Source: Thermococcus sp. JdFR-02
Lineage (GTDB): Archaea; Methanobacteriota_B; Thermococci; Thermococcales; Thermococcaceae
Length of the DNA: 64,000 nt
NCBI GenBank assembly: GCA_002009975.1
Contig: MTLP01000031.1
Location: 96,001-160,000 of the forward strand
Direction: 5' to 3'
The notes under the pieces were generated by a model. It made no database searches. It had not been told where the DNA came from and saw only the letters and a list, made by a program, of their open reading frames with translations. Shown here piece after piece: positions 54,404 to 64,000 of the stretch. Numbering within the stretch: the first letter of the stretch is position 1; the number at the start of each line of letters is the position of its first letter. Position numbers and translations under genes: made by a program.

Positions 54404-54551
54404 TTAGCTCACCCAACAGGCAATTGTGACCATAATTTGATATCCAGATTTTTGACTGCCAAAAAAATAGAGGAGAATTGGGTTTAAAGGTTTTTTGGAA
54501 TTTGTAAAAAGTGAGTCTAAAAATATATGGTATAAACAAAAAAGAGAAAAT

Positions 54552-55940
54552 TCACTCTCCAAAGATTTTGCGTAACATTGGGAACATTTCACTAACCTGC
54601 TCCCTTGCAATTTCTTCATAGAATCTGTAAAGAATACCCACCGTCAACAGTATACCAGTACCTGTACCTAATGCACCAAGGAAGTCAGCCAATATTGCTA
54701 CTGTTGCCAATGTAAACGAACCTAAGAAGGTTACATAGGGTATGTATTTATTCAAGACCCTTTCCAATATTCTTGGATCCCTTCTAAATCCTGGGATTTG
54801 AAGTCCCGCTCTTTGAAGTTGTCTTGCTATACTCTTTGCATCTAAGCCAGTAAGTTCAACCCATAGGAATCCGAAGATTAATGCCCAGAATATCGTCATT
54901 ATTGCATAACCTAATGCCCTCCAAGGATCACCCATTACATGGAATATATCCCTTGGTGGAATTGTATAGAGCACAAAACCAGAGATTGCACGCCCTGTTT
55001 CATCAAATTGACCCAATATTGGATATCCAATCCTTACAAGCAATCTTGCCCAAAGCTGTATGTTAGCATAGAGAGCAAAAGTCAAAATAATTGGAATGTT
55101 TGAAACGTACATGAATCTAATTGGATATCTTCCCCTAACTGTGACTCTTCCATAGCTTAATGGTATTTCTACTCTCATGCTCTCCAAATAAACGACTATT
55201 AGGAATATTACAACCGTTGCCAAAACATCAACCATGTCTGGGAGGGTTCCTCTATACAGCGCTCCAGTAAGATCACCACTAACTATGTGTTGTATAAACG
55301 CTGGAATTGCACCCAAAATAGCTGGCTTTCCAGTTAAAGGATCAATAACTTGAGTTGTTGATAGAGGATTGAAAGCTCTTGTAATGATCGTTTGTGAAAC
55401 TCCAGCTGCGATGAATAAACTAATACCACTACCTATACCCCATTTGCTTACCAATTCATCCATTATCATGATCATTATTCCACCAAATGCAAGCTGGAGC
55501 ATTAATAGTATTTTTATACTCAATGCTGGATTACCAAAAGCACCTGCAAACACGTAAATAGCTGCTTCAAAGAAACACATAAACACTGCAAATACCTTTT
55601 GCAATGCTTGGTAAAATCTTCTATCTTCTGGATTGGAAAGATCCAATTTTATAATCTCAGAACCAACTAATAATTGCATAATAATACCTGCTGTAACAAT
55701 TGGACCAATACCTAATGTGAGAACAGATCCGCTTTTACCTGCTAGAACAACCCTCAACGTTTCAAAATAATCTTGCACTCTTGCTGGCAAGCCAAACAAT
55801 GGAATTTCAGCTAAAAGGAAGTACAATAATAAAACAAGCCCTGTCCAAGCAAGTTTCTCCTTTAAAGGAATATGCCTCTTTGGTCTTTCAATTTCTGGAA
55901 ACATGTGTTCAATTTTATAGACTATTTCCCTTGCTCCCAT
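54552..55940 (-). CDS. secY: Protein translocase subunit SecY
   Basis: [37 protein letters not shown]. Confidence 0.97.
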   Translation of the reverse strand: MGAREIVYKIEHMFPEIERPKRHIPLKEKLAWTGLVLLLYFLLAEIPLFGLPARVQDYFETLRVVLAGKSGSVLTLGIGPIVTAGIIMQLLVGSEIIKLDLSNPEDRRFYQALQKVFAVFMCFFEAAIYVFAGAFGNPALSIKILLMLQLAFGGIMIMIMDELVSKWGIGSGISLFIAAGVSQTIITRAFNPLSTTQVIDPLTGKPAILGAIPAFIQHIVSGDLTGALYRGTLPDMVDVLATVVIFLIVVYLESMRVEIPLSYGRVTVRGRYPIRFMYVSNIPIILTFALYANIQLWARLLVRIGYPILGQFDETGRAISGFVLYTIPPRDIFHVMGDPWRALGYAIMTIFWALIFGFLWVELTGLDAKSIARQLQRAGLQIPGFRRDPRILERVLNKYIPYVTFLGSFTLATVAILADFLGALGTGTGILLTVGILYRFYEEIAREQVSEMFPMLRKIFGE

Positions 55941-55972
55941 GCTTAACACCTACCAAGAGTTAAAAAGAAAAT

Positions 55973-56416
55973 TCAAGCAAGCAGAGCTTCTCCCCCTGCT
56001 TCAACAATCTTTTCCTGAGCCTTGGGGGAGAAAGCTCTCGCCTTGATAACTAAAGGCTTTGTAAGCTTTCCAGTTCCCAAAACCTTATCAGCAAATTGGG
56101 TTGTGTCAACTATTATCTTCCCACCTTCTTCATAGGCAATTCCCATTTGCATTAACTCATCCAAGTTTTCATCGATGAACTTTAAGTTCACAGTTATTAC
56201 TTCTCTCTGAACTGCTTTAGGTCTCTTGAAACCGTACTTTCCTAAGTGATCTGGCATGTATTTAATGACCCAAGTCCATTTGGTCTTTTTTCTCTTTCCT
56301 GTTCCTGCCATTCCTCTACCGCCCTTGTGCCCTCCACCGCGGTGCTTTTTCTTACATCCCCATCCATGAGTGTGAGAACCTCTAAGCTTTCTCACCTTCT
56401 TTTTTCTCCTGATCAT
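55973..56416 (-). CDS. rpl15: 50S ribosomal protein L15
   Basis: [22 protein letters not shown]. Confidence 0.96.
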   Translation of the reverse strand: MIRRKKKVRKLRGSHTHGWGCKKKHRGGGHKGGRGMAGTGKRKKTKWTWVIKYMPDHLGKYGFKRPKAVQREVITVNLKFIDENLDELMQMGIAYEEGGKIIVDTTQFADKVLGTGKLTKPLVIKARAFSPKAQEKIVEAGGEALLA

Positions 56417-56426
56417 TTTCAGCACC

Positions 56427-56891
56427 TCACAACATCCTCTCAATTAGTTCCTTTATCTTCTCGCCTCTATATCCTAAGCTTCCCCCTTCTTTGAATGTTC
56501 TCTTTTTTGTTTTAAAGCCGCCTCTTGGTGGATGAAGTCTAAACACTGGCTTTAAGTTTGGCAAATCCTTTAAACTCTTCTCTCCTTTGATAACTGCTTC
56601 AGCAAATTCTTCAATTGTCATTCCAAGTTTTTCTTTTACATACTCATCTGTAACTGGTTTGTTTCCTAAAAGCTTTCCTCTTTTCTTGATGAGTTTAGCT
56701 AAGGTTTCTGCATCTATTTCTCCCCAAGTTATGTAATCCTTGGCTTTTTGAATCATGCCCTTGTATGAAGGTGTGTCGTCAACTATTACACAGTGATTAA
56801 CCTTATGAAGCCTAAGCATTGCTAAGGTATCTTTCACTGGCTTTTTAACGCCAACTCTTCCCCCAACCCTAATTATAGCTATCTTTGTCAT
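56427..56891 (-). CDS. rpl30: 50S ribosomal protein L30
   Basis: [22 protein letters not shown]. Confidence 0.96.
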   Translation of the reverse strand: MTKIAIIRVGGRVGVKKPVKDTLAMLRLHKVNHCVIVDDTPSYKGMIQKAKDYITWGEIDAETLAKLIKKRGKLLGNKPVTDEYVKEKLGMTIEEFAEAVIKGEKSLKDLPNLKPVFRLHPPRGGFKTKKRTFKEGGSLGYRGEKIKELIERML

Positions 56892-56902
56892 CTCTCTTCA
56901 CC

Positions 56903-57610
56903 TCACAAGTCAAAGCTTTGGGGCATCTCTCTACCTATTGTGATACCATATCTCTTAATCATCTCTGGTTGAATAGCTACTTTGTTCGTGTTGTATAAGG
57001 CATCAAAAACTGCTTTTGCAAAGTTAACTGTTGTTCTTGTTTCTCCAAATGTTTGTGACCATGCATCTTTGATTCCTGCTAGAGATAAGATCTTCTTACC
57101 AACGTCACCGATAACTAAGCCCAAACCTCTTGGTCCTGGCATTAGTTTAACCTTAACGCTACCACTCTTTCCTTCAACTGCAAATGGTACTGAGTGTGGT
57201 CTTCTACATCTACACTCCCATGAACCACAGCCTCTCTTAACCTCAATTATGTTCATTTTAGCGTAGCTCAAAGCTTTCCTAATTGCAATACCTGTTTCCC
57301 TCCCATGTCCGATACCTAATCCAACGTAGCCATCTCTGTTTCCAACAGCAGCTAAAACTCTAAATCTAACCCTTCTACCACTGTCCGTCATTCTAACAGT
57401 CAAAGTTATGTCAAGTATCTCTTGATTTTCCCTTGAATTAACTTCTGGGAGTAGAATATCAACAATTTCTGGTTCCTTTATTTGATAACCCTTTCTAAAT
57501 ACTTCGCTTATATCTGTAATTTGTCCTTCCTTTACGAGCATTCCTAATTTAGTTCTTGGTTGCCATTCCTCTAAAACCCTTTGAGCGTAGTCCTTCCAGT
57601 TTTGACTCAC
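56903..57610 (-). CDS. rps5: 30S ribosomal protein S5
   Basis: [22 protein letters not shown]. Confidence 0.96.
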   Translation of the reverse strand: MSQNWKDYAQRVLEEWQPRTKLGMLVKEGQITDISEVFRKGYQIKEPEIVDILLPEVNSRENQEILDITLTVRMTDSGRRVRFRVLAAVGNRDGYVGLGIGHGRETGIAIRKALSYAKMNIIEVKRGCGSWECRCRRPHSVPFAVEGKSGSVKVKLMPGPRGLGLVIGDVGKKILSLAGIKDAWSQTFGETRTTVNFAKAVFDALYNTNKVAIQPEMIKRYGITIGREMPQSFDL

Positions 57611-57615
57611 TTTTC

Positions 57616-58212
57616 TCACCTCTTAAACTTCTCAATTATTCTCGCCTTAACCTCATCAAAGTGCTCTGGAAGTTTCTCAGGTTCTAATCCTTTAAGCAAG
57701 TATCCACCAAATTGTCTCCTGTATTTCTCCTCATCTTCTTCCTTAAGCATCTTTGCATATTCAGCTATAGTTTCTCCTCTTATTCTATCCTCACTTGGAT
57801 AAATCTCCTCACTATGTGGAACGTTTAAGCCTGCATCGACTGCACCTTTTAGTATGGCGAAAATACTTGAGCCCTTTGTTGGTGGGTGTAATCCAATATC
57901 TAAGATCGCTTCGCTTATTCCTTTCTCTAAAGCTTTGTATCCAATAAGCAAACCTACGAGGTAAGCACTTGGAGTATTTCCGCAGTGCCCTTTCCAGCCA
58001 AAATCCCTCATTAGTTCTCTTGTATGAGCTGAAACTAAGGTTTTATCACCTTTTGGATCGTAAACAACAATTTGAGCTACATGATGGTTGAGTGTCTTCC
58101 TAACAACTAATCTTGGCTTTCCAGACTTGAGTAAAGCTAACCTCTTATGATAGTTAGTCTTACCCTCCCTCCTCCTTCTGAATGGAACTCTATATCTTGG
58201 TCCATGTGCCAT
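57616..58212 (-). CDS. rpl18: 50S ribosomal protein L18
   Basis: [22 protein letters not shown]. Confidence 0.96.
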   Translation of the reverse strand: MAHGPRYRVPFRRRREGKTNYHKRLALLKSGKPRLVVRKTLNHHVAQIVVYDPKGDKTLVSAHTRELMRDFGWKGHCGNTPSAYLVGLLIGYKALEKGISEAILDIGLHPPTKGSSIFAILKGAVDAGLNVPHSEEIYPSEDRIRGETIAEYAKMLKEEDEEKYRRQFGGYLLKGLEPEKLPEHFDEVKARIIEKFKR

Positions 58213-58217
58213 TTATA

Positions 58218-58667
58218 TCACCTCTTTAATATCTCCTTTTCCTCCATGTAGAGGTACAACTGGTGCTTGCTCTTGAAGTGACCGCCTTTAGCCATTATGT
58301 AAAGTCTTCTATAGGTTGATCTGTCGATCTTCTTCTCTTCTTTGAGCTTCCTCAACTCTTTTCTTAAAGCCCTAATAGTCATCATCCACTTCTCTTTTCT
58401 ACCCATTCTTGCTGTTTTCTTCCCTTTCTTGCTTCCGGGTCCCCTGTGTCTCCCCTTTCTTCTCTCTATTTGCCTAACTTTAGCCCTTGCTCTGCTTGTT
58501 CCTTTTATTGGCTTCTTCTTTATTACTCCCTCTTTAATGAGCTTTCTAATGTCTTCCCTTGTAATCGCAGCGACTACATCTTCAATTCTCTCTGGGTCAA
58601 TCCAAATTCTATTCTCGCCACACTTTAATAGTTCAGCAGCAATCCTCCTTTGCATTTCAAGCTTCAT
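58218..58667 (-). CDS. rpl19e: 50S ribosomal protein L19e
   Basis: QRRIAA, RIWIDP, GPGSKKG. Confidence 0.96.
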   Translation of the reverse strand: MKLEMQRRIAAELLKCGENRIWIDPERIEDVVAAITREDIRKLIKEGVIKKKPIKGTSRARAKVRQIERRKGRHRGPGSKKGKKTARMGRKEKWMMTIRALRKELRKLKEEKKIDRSTYRRLYIMAKGGHFKSKHQLYLYMEEKEILKR

Positions 58668-58673
58668 GGCTCA

Positions 58674-59060
58674 TCACACCCTCGCATTTAAAACTTTAAT
58701 TCCCAATTCCTTTGCTCTCTCAATAATTGCCATCCTCTTCCTCTTACCTACTGTGTGAGCGATTCTTGCTGCTTGTCTTTGTGGATCGAGCATTTCCAAC
58801 TCTTTGACGTTGTGGATTAAAACATCTTCGTAGCCACTTGGGTGCAATCCTCTAACGAGCCTTGGTGAACTCCATCCAATGCTTGGGCTCCTTGCTTTCC
58901 CTTTAAGCTTCATTCTCATCTTGCTGTCTGTTCCTTTTGGTCTCCTCCACTTTGGATCATTCTTAAATTTATCAAAGCGCCACCATTCCTGTCTGAGGAA
59001 TTTTGGCTTTTTCCTCTTGAGTTTAGCCCTTAATCTTAATAGTCTCGCTTTCTCATTCAT
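58674..59060 (-). CDS. rpl32e: 50S ribosomal protein L32e
   Basis: WRRPKG, RGLHPSG. Confidence 0.96.
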   Translation of the reverse strand: MNEKARLLRLRAKLKRKKPKFLRQEWWRFDKFKNDPKWRRPKGTDSKMRMKLKGKARSPSIGWSSPRLVRGLHPSGYEDVLIHNVKELEMLDPQRQAARIAHTVGKRKRMAIIERAKELGIKVLNARV

Positions 59061-59070
59061 TTCTCACACC

Positions 59071-59625
59071 TCAGAATTTTATCGGCTTTCCGGCTTTTTC
59101 AATTATATATATACCATCTTGGAAAACTCTCCTATCTCTTCCCGTAATCCTCGTGGCTTGTTCAATATTTGCAGCTGTTTGTCCAACTTTCTCCTTGTCG
59201 ATTCCTTCAACTATTAGCTCTTGCCCTTGCACTTTAACAGTAACTCCTGGCAAGATTTGAGCTATTCTTGGTGCTTTTTCACCAAGGAAGTTCTCGATGT
59301 AAACTTTATCTCCTTTAACCTTAACCGTCATTGGGAAGTGGCTGTAGACAATTTTAAGCTTATATGTAAAGCCCTCTGTAACTCCTCTTATCATGTTTGC
59401 AATGTGGGCTTTGAAAGTTCTTGCAATTGCAATGTCCTTTCTCCTTGGAAAGTCTTTGTATACTACAACCTTCCCATCTTCAATGAATAACTTAACCCCT
59501 GGATAGCTAAACTCTCTCTCAAGCTCCCCCTTTGGACCTTTAACCTTAACAGTGCTATTCGTAATTTCAACTGTAACTCCCTCTGGGATTTCAACCTCTT
59601 CTTTTACCCATGCATCAATTGGCAT
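59071..59625 (-). CDS. rpl6: 50S ribosomal protein L6
   Basis: KGPKG, YSHFP, NFLGEK, FQDGIY. Confidence 0.96.
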   Translation of the reverse strand: MPIDAWVKEEVEIPEGVTVEITNSTVKVKGPKGELEREFSYPGVKLFIEDGKVVVYKDFPRRKDIAIARTFKAHIANMIRGVTEGFTYKLKIVYSHFPMTVKVKGDKVYIENFLGEKAPRIAQILPGVTVKVQGQELIVEGIDKEKVGQTAANIEQATRITGRDRRVFQDGIYIIEKAGKPIKF

Positions 59626-59635
59626 CTCTCTCACC

Positions 59636-60028
59636 TCAGTAGATGTAAGCTATTAACCTTCCACCAATTCCCTTCTCAATGGCTTGCTTGTGGGTCATTA
59701 CTCCTTGTGATGTTGAGACAACTAATATACCAAACTCGAATGCTGGGAGGAATCTCTTTTCCCACTTCTCGAACTCTGCAACTTTAACTGGAAATCTTGG
59801 CTTTATTGCACCAGCCTTGTTTATCTTTCCAATTAGCTGAACCCTATAAATTCCAGCTCTTCCATCATCTATAAATTCAAACTCACCAATGTAACCGTTC
59901 TCTTGCATAACTCTAAGAACTTCTCCAATAAGCTTTGATGCTGGTTTTATGTAAACCTCCTTCTTTCCAACTCTCTCTGAATTTGTAATGTGTGACAAAG
60001 CATTTGCCAATGGGTCAAGTAAAGTCAT
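59636..60028 (-). CDS. rps8: 30S ribosomal protein S8
   Basis: [21 protein letters not shown]. Confidence 0.97.
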   Translation of the reverse strand: MTLLDPLANALSHITNSERVGKKEVYIKPASKLIGEVLRVMQENGYIGEFEFIDDGRAGIYRVQLIGKINKAGAIKPRFPVKVAEFEKWEKRFLPAFEFGILVVSTSQGVMTHKQAIEKGIGGRLIAYIY

Positions 60029-60039
60029 CTTTTCTCACC

Positions 60040-60210
60040 TCACTCGTATTTCCTAAAGCCTAACTTAGGAGCCATCTCCCTAAAGCAGTGCCTACACAAC
60101 ATTAAACCATGAATTCTAATAACTGGACCATACTGTCCACATCTAACACATCTTCTCGCTCCTTTTCCAAACTTCCTTACTTTTCTTCTGTTATAGTCAG
60201 CCTTAGCCAT
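60040..60210 (-). CDS. rps14: 30S ribosomal protein S14 (type Z); not in ORF track
   Basis: Manual translation [56 protein letters not shown]. Confidence 0.96.
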   Translation of the reverse strand: MAKADYNRRKVRKFGKGARRCVRCGQYGPVIRIHGLMLCRHCFREMAPKLGFRKYE

Positions 60211-60212
60211 AA

Positions 60213-60758
60213 TCATCCCTCCACAATCTCAACGCCAAACTCTTCCTGCATGAAAACAATACCTTCCTCCTTTGTGAGCTTGTGCTTTGTTGGGATGTGG
60301 TGCCTTCTCCTTCTTCTCTTTGCCACTCTAAACCCTGGTCTCTCCAGTGTGACACAAACGTCCATACCAAAGATACCTATTTCTGGGTCATACTCTACAC
60401 CAGGGATATTAATATGCTCATCAATTCCAAAGCATATGTTTCCGTGCTTATCAAAACTTGAAGCCTTAAGCTTGTTATCAACAGCAGCCAAAAGCCTCTT
60501 TAGCATTTCATATGCTTTCTCGCCCCTCAATGTGACTTTAAGTGCTATTGGTTCTCCTCTTCTAATACCGAAGTCTCTGTTGGTCTTCTTAGCTTTTCTC
60601 CTGATTGGCTTTTGACCAACCAAGCTCTCTAACATTTTCTCTGCCTTTGTTAATCTTTCACCGCTCTCTCCAACACCAATGTTGATTGTAACCTTTTCAA
60701 TTCTTGGTCTCCTCATTGGATGAGCTTCCCAATCAGCTAAAATTGCCTCTCTATTCAT
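60213..60758 (-). CDS. rpl5: 50S ribosomal protein L5
   Basis: [24 protein letters not shown]. Confidence 0.97.
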   Translation of the reverse strand: MNREAILADWEAHPMRRPRIEKVTINIGVGESGERLTKAEKMLESLVGQKPIRRKAKKTNRDFGIRRGEPIALKVTLRGEKAYEMLKRLLAAVDNKLKASSFDKHGNICFGIDEHINIPGVEYDPEIGIFGMDVCVTLERPGFRVAKRRRRRHHIPTKHKLTKEEGIVFMQEEFGVEIVEG

Positions 60759-60769
60759 CTCGCTTCACC

Positions 60770-61516
60770 TCATGGTAGTGAAATCCTTGGCTTGTCCTTA
60801 CCTATAACGAAGGCGTATTCTTTCAATGTGTCGAATAGCTCGCCTTCTTCGTCCTCAATTGTAACCACATCTGGCCAACCAGCTGGGAAGTGCCTTACTT
60901 CAACGATCTTACCCTTTCTTGCAACGTTCTTACCTTGAGTAACGAAGACGTAAGAACCAATTTCGAATGGAATAATTTCGATTATTTCTCTCTCTGGCAT
61001 TTTCATGAGAAGTGTGTCAAATGTGTGATACTTGTCCTTTGTTTCATCGGTTAGTGAGCTCAGCTTAACTAAGTGATTGCTTCCATCGTGCAAATTAAGT
61101 TGTAAGTTTCCACCTTTAACCATTCTCTTGTTATTAACTTTCATTGGTTTGATTTTAGCCTCTTCCTCGCTTATTGGGTGCAAAATTAGCTTTCCAAGTC
61201 TATTTGGGAATACTCTATAGTGCTCTCCACTTGCTGGTATTGAAACTATATCCATAATACCTACTGGGAATTTGTAGTCTTTCCTAACTTTCCCATCAAC
61301 AAGAACCTTACCTTCATTTAGAATCTTTCTTGCCTCTCTTGCTGTCTTTGCATAACCTAGATAGTCTCTAATTATGTACAATAGTGGAATTGAGGTTTTC
61401 ATGCTATGGGGACCTGGTGAAGGCTTAACTGCCCATTTGAATGCTTTCCTTTCAATATACCATGAAGTGGGTGCAGCCAATCTCTTTAAGTGCCTCTTAG
61501 CACCTTTCCTCGCCAT
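60770..61516 (-). CDS. rps4e: 30S ribosomal protein S4e
   Basis: [19 protein letters not shown]. Confidence 0.96.
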   Translation of the reverse strand: MARKGAKRHLKRLAAPTSWYIERKAFKWAVKPSPGPHSMKTSIPLLYIIRDYLGYAKTAREARKILNEGKVLVDGKVRKDYKFPVGIMDIVSIPASGEHYRVFPNRLGKLILHPISEEEAKIKPMKVNNKRMVKGGNLQLNLHDGSNHLVKLSSLTDETKDKYHTFDTLLMKMPEREIIEIIPFEIGSYVFVTQGKNVARKGKIVEVRHFPAGWPDVVTIEDEEGELFDTLKEYAFVIGKDKPRISLP

Positions 61517-61518
61517 AT

Positions 61519-61881
61519 TCAAGCCCTCCTCTCAATTATCTCTTTTCTCTTCTCATCATCTAAGTTGAGTTCAATTATCATGACATTTGAGGGATGCACT
61601 GGATAGAACACTTCAGTACCATTAACTTTCTTAACTGTAACTCCCTCGATGTAGATCCTATAGCGCTTTAAGTCAACTTCTACCACTTTTCCTTCATGAC
61701 CCTTGAAATCGCCCCTCATAACTCTAACTTTATCTCCCTTCCTAATTGGAATCGTTCTAAAGCCATATTTTTGCCTCAATTCTGTTGAAAGAGTTGCACT
61801 CATAATTTTTTGCCTCAAATGTAGAGGAGCGTTATAAAGAAACTTCCTTTGCTTTCTTGGTTGTTTAGTCTTCAACTTCAT
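61519..61881 (-). CDS. rpl24: 50S ribosomal protein L24
   Basis: [21 protein letters not shown]. Confidence 0.96.
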   Translation of the reverse strand: MKLKTKQPRKQRKFLYNAPLHLRQKIMSATLSTELRQKYGFRTIPIRKGDKVRVMRGDFKGHEGKVVEVDLKRYRIYIEGVTVKKVNGTEVFYPVHPSNVMIIELNLDDEKRKEIIERRA

Positions 61882-61891
61882 TTATCTCACC

Positions 61892-62326
61892 TCACAATAT
61901 TGTGCTCGCAATACTTCCTAACCTAACCCACTTTTCAGCAGCTTCTCTTGCAATTGGACCTCTAATTTCAGTTCCTCTTGGAACTCCATCCTCAGTTGTA
62001 ACAACCGCTGCATTATCTTCAAACTTGACTCTCATTCCATCCAATCTCTTATATTCCTTTCTTTGTCTAACAATTACCGCTCTAACCACTTGGTGCCTTA
62101 TATCTGGTCTTCCTTTCTTCACTGCTGCAATTACCATATCTCCTACTCCAGCTGAAGCCAATCTTCTCCTAACGCCTTTGTATCCAACAACACCGATTAT
62201 TTGCAAAACCTTTGCACCTGAGTTGTCTGCACAGACTAAGTAAGCACCAACGGGCAAAGCTCTTGTTGGTCTAACTGGGCTTACACCTCTAGTTGCACCA
62301 GCACCTTTCTTTCCTCTCTTTGCCAT
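61892..62326 (-). CDS. rpl14: 50S ribosomal protein L14
   Basis: [14 protein letters not shown]. Confidence 0.97.
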   Translation of the reverse strand: MAKRGKKGAGATRGVSPVRPTRALPVGAYLVCADNSGAKVLQIIGVVGYKGVRRRLASAGVGDMVIAAVKKGRPDIRHQVVRAVIVRQRKEYKRLDGMRVKFEDNAAVVTTEDGVPRGTEIRGPIAREAAEKWVRLGSIASTIL

Positions 62327-62331
62327 CACAA

Positions 62332-62667
62332 TCACCTCTTCTCTGCCTTCTCAAGAACTGCTACTACAACAAAGTGCTTTGTTTTGCTTAGTGGTCTTGT
62401 TTCAGCAATCAAAACCTTGTCACCAGCTCTTGCGTTAATGCATGGTGGATTGTGTGCATGGATTTTGCTTTTTCTCAACTCATAACGTTCGTATTTTTTG
62501 AGGTAGTAGTAGTGTTGTCTTTCCACTGTTACGGTCTTTCTTGGCTTGTCGCTAACTACTATTCCCTCGAATACCCTACCATGAATCTTTAAGTGCCCAT
62601 GCCAAGGGCACTTGGGATCATCGCATTTTTCAGCGGGAGGTTGAATCCTCAATCCAATGTCTCTCAT
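62332..62667 (-). CDS. rps17: 30S ribosomal protein S17
   Basis: [19 protein letters not shown]. Confidence 0.97.
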   Translation of the reverse strand: MRDIGLRIQPPAEKCDDPKCPWHGHLKIHGRVFEGIVVSDKPRKTVTVERQHYYYLKKYERYELRKSKIHAHNPPCINARAGDKVLIAETRPLSKTKHFVVVAVLEKAEKR

Positions 62668-63041
62668 CTTTTCCACCTCTTTTTCAATCTCATCTCAGGT
62701 CTTCCAATTAGTTCTTTTCCTTTAATCAGGATTTTTTTATGGTCAATTTCAAACTCAATTTCAACTTCCTTTTTTGGAACAATCCAAACCTTTTCTCCCA
62801 ATATGATGAGGGTATTTTTCGTCTCGTCAATTACATATCCCTCGATCCCTACGAACCCTGGATGAGAGCTCCTCACTATTTTTGCCTTCAATCCTATGAG
62901 TTCATGGGATATTAAAGTTTTTTTGGTCACTCTATTTCGATTAATTCCTCTGAAAATCCATATTCTGCCAATAAGTGCTTTACTTTTTCTCTGTGGTCTC
63001 CTTGAAGCTCTATCCTTCCGTTTTTTACTGTTCCTCCGCAT
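62664..63041 (-). CDS. rnp1: RNase P protein component 1 (Rpp29)
   Basis: [28 protein letters not shown]. Confidence 0.92.
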   Translation of the reverse strand: MRRNSKKRKDRASRRPQRKSKALIGRIWIFRGINRNRVTKKTLISHELIGLKAKIVRSSHPGFVGIEGYVIDETKNTLIILGEKVWIVPKKEVEIEFEIDHKKILIKGKELIGRPEMRLKKRWKR

Positions 63042-63223
63042 GCCAACTTCGCCTTCAACTTTTTAGCAATTTCTTCCAAATCAAACTCTTTCTCGTCAAT
63101 ACCCTCAACTATTGTCTTGAGCTTTCCGTAGCGGGCCCTTTCTATGTATATCTTTATTCTTTGCTGCTCCTTCAAAACCTCCTTAAAGAGCATCTCATCT
63201 AAGGGATTTACAATTCTTGGCAC
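62927..63223 (-). CDS. Translation initiation factor SUI1/aIF1
   Basis: RYGK, LACGGT, IELQGDH. Confidence 0.95.
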   Translation of the reverse strand: MPRIVNPLDEMLFKEVLKEQQRIKIYIERARYGKLKTIVEGIDEKEFDLEEIAKKLKAKLACGGTVKNGRIELQGDHREKVKHLLAEYGFSEELIEIE

Positions 63224-63229
63224 CTAACC

Positions 63230-63433
63230 TCACCTTTTCTTCTCCTTAAGTTTTTCATTCCTGATTGTAAGCAGCCTGGCTATATCACGTCTGAGATTTC
63301 TAATAACCATAGGATTCTCTAAAGAGGTACCCATGGTAAGCATACCTCTCTCCTTACTTAATTCCAATCTAAGCTCCCTAATTTTCTTGTCAATCTCCTC
63401 AATGCTCATCTCTCTAATCTCACTTGATCTCAT
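63230..63433 (-). CDS. rpl29: 50S ribosomal protein L29
   Basis: [18 protein letters not shown]. Confidence 0.95.
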   Translation of the reverse strand: MRSSEIREMSIEEIDKKIRELRLELSKERGMLTMGTSLENPMVIRNLRRDIARLLTIRNEKLKEKKR

Positions 63434-64000
63434 TGTTCGCTCACCTCTTCAACTGGCTTTTCAAGGATTTCAATTTCATCTGGAAGCTTTGCATCTGGTG
63501 GCATTATTGCAACTTTAACGCCTAAAACACCCAACTTAAGCAAAGCTTGGGCATAACCTTTTGAAACCAATGTTTCAGCTGGATTTCCGACTTTAGCCAA
63601 ATAACCTTGATAGAATCTAACGCTCTTTGCTCTCTCGCCTGTTAGCTTTCCACTGATCCTAATTTCCACTCCTCTTGCTCCGTTGTTCATAATTGCCCTT
63701 ATTGCTGAATAAGCTGCTCTCCTAAAGTGTATTCCTCTTTCAAGAGCTTGAGCTAAGCGAACAGCTTGAACCTTTGCGTTGAGATAGGGATTTTTGATTT
63801 CTTCAACTTCAATCTGTGGGTTCTCTAAACCAAATTTTCTCTCCATAATTCTGGTAAGCTCTCTTATTCTCCTTCCACCTCTTCCAATAACGAAACCAGG
63901 ATTTTCAGCGAAGATTATGATCTTTGTTCCAAGAGGTGTCTTTTTAATGTCCAATCCCCCATAACCCGCTCTTCTTAATTCCTTTTCGAGGTATTCATCG
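63430..64000 (-). CDS. rps3: 30S ribosomal protein S3 (5' end outside window)
   Basis: [11 protein letters not shown] motif, [16 protein letters not shown]. Confidence 0.96.
   Translation of the reverse strand, partial: DEYLEKELRRAGYGGLDIKKTPLGTKIIIFAENPGFVIGRGGRRIRELTRIMERKFGLENPQIEVEEIKNPYLNAKVQAVRLAQALERGIHFRRAAYSAIRAIMNNGARGVEIRISGKLTGERAKSVRFYQGYLAKVGNPAETLVSKGYAQALLKLGVLGVKVAIMPPDAKLPDEIEILEKPVEEVSEQ

Noticed and set aside
54333-54619. Short ORFs in the secY-adk spacer
   Set aside because: Overlap neighbours, lack RBS and protein-like composition.

Overview
AT-rich chromosomal segment of a hyperthermophilic euryarchaeon, almost certainly Thermococcales (GGTGA/GGAGG RBS, gene orders, protein sequences). 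It is mostly core information-processing DNA. It holds the exosome/proteasome/RNase P superoperon (pfdB to rpl15e), leuS, the mevalonate/RNase J cluster, the rps2-rpoK-rpoN-S9-L13-L18e-rpoD-S11-S4-S13 cluster with three tRNAs (Pro-GGG, Leu-TAG, Ser-TGA), a sugar ABC transporter, cbf5-cmk-adk-secY and the spc/S10 ribosomal operon. Small accessory inserts interrupt these clusters: secreted-protein/membrane-protein cassettes sharing upstream DNA, a ParA + RHH/wHTH pair, and an MNT-MNT-HEPN module fused onto mvk. The most striking unexplained signals are non-coding. The long leaders of trpB2 and leuS share one architecture: a GATGCC start, a long 5' hairpin, a short uORF with the cognate Trp or Leu codon in the same TT-codon-AAY context, then a U-tract. 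This suggests an archaeal amino-acid-sensing attenuator or T-box-like system. Other signals are a two-hairpin leader on RNase J, a GC-rich switch-like structure inside the cmk 3' end before rpl14e, and a tRNA-Ser that contains the stop codon of the upstream methyltransferase. All calls are by eye, without database searches; start codons were adjusted to the RBS where clear.
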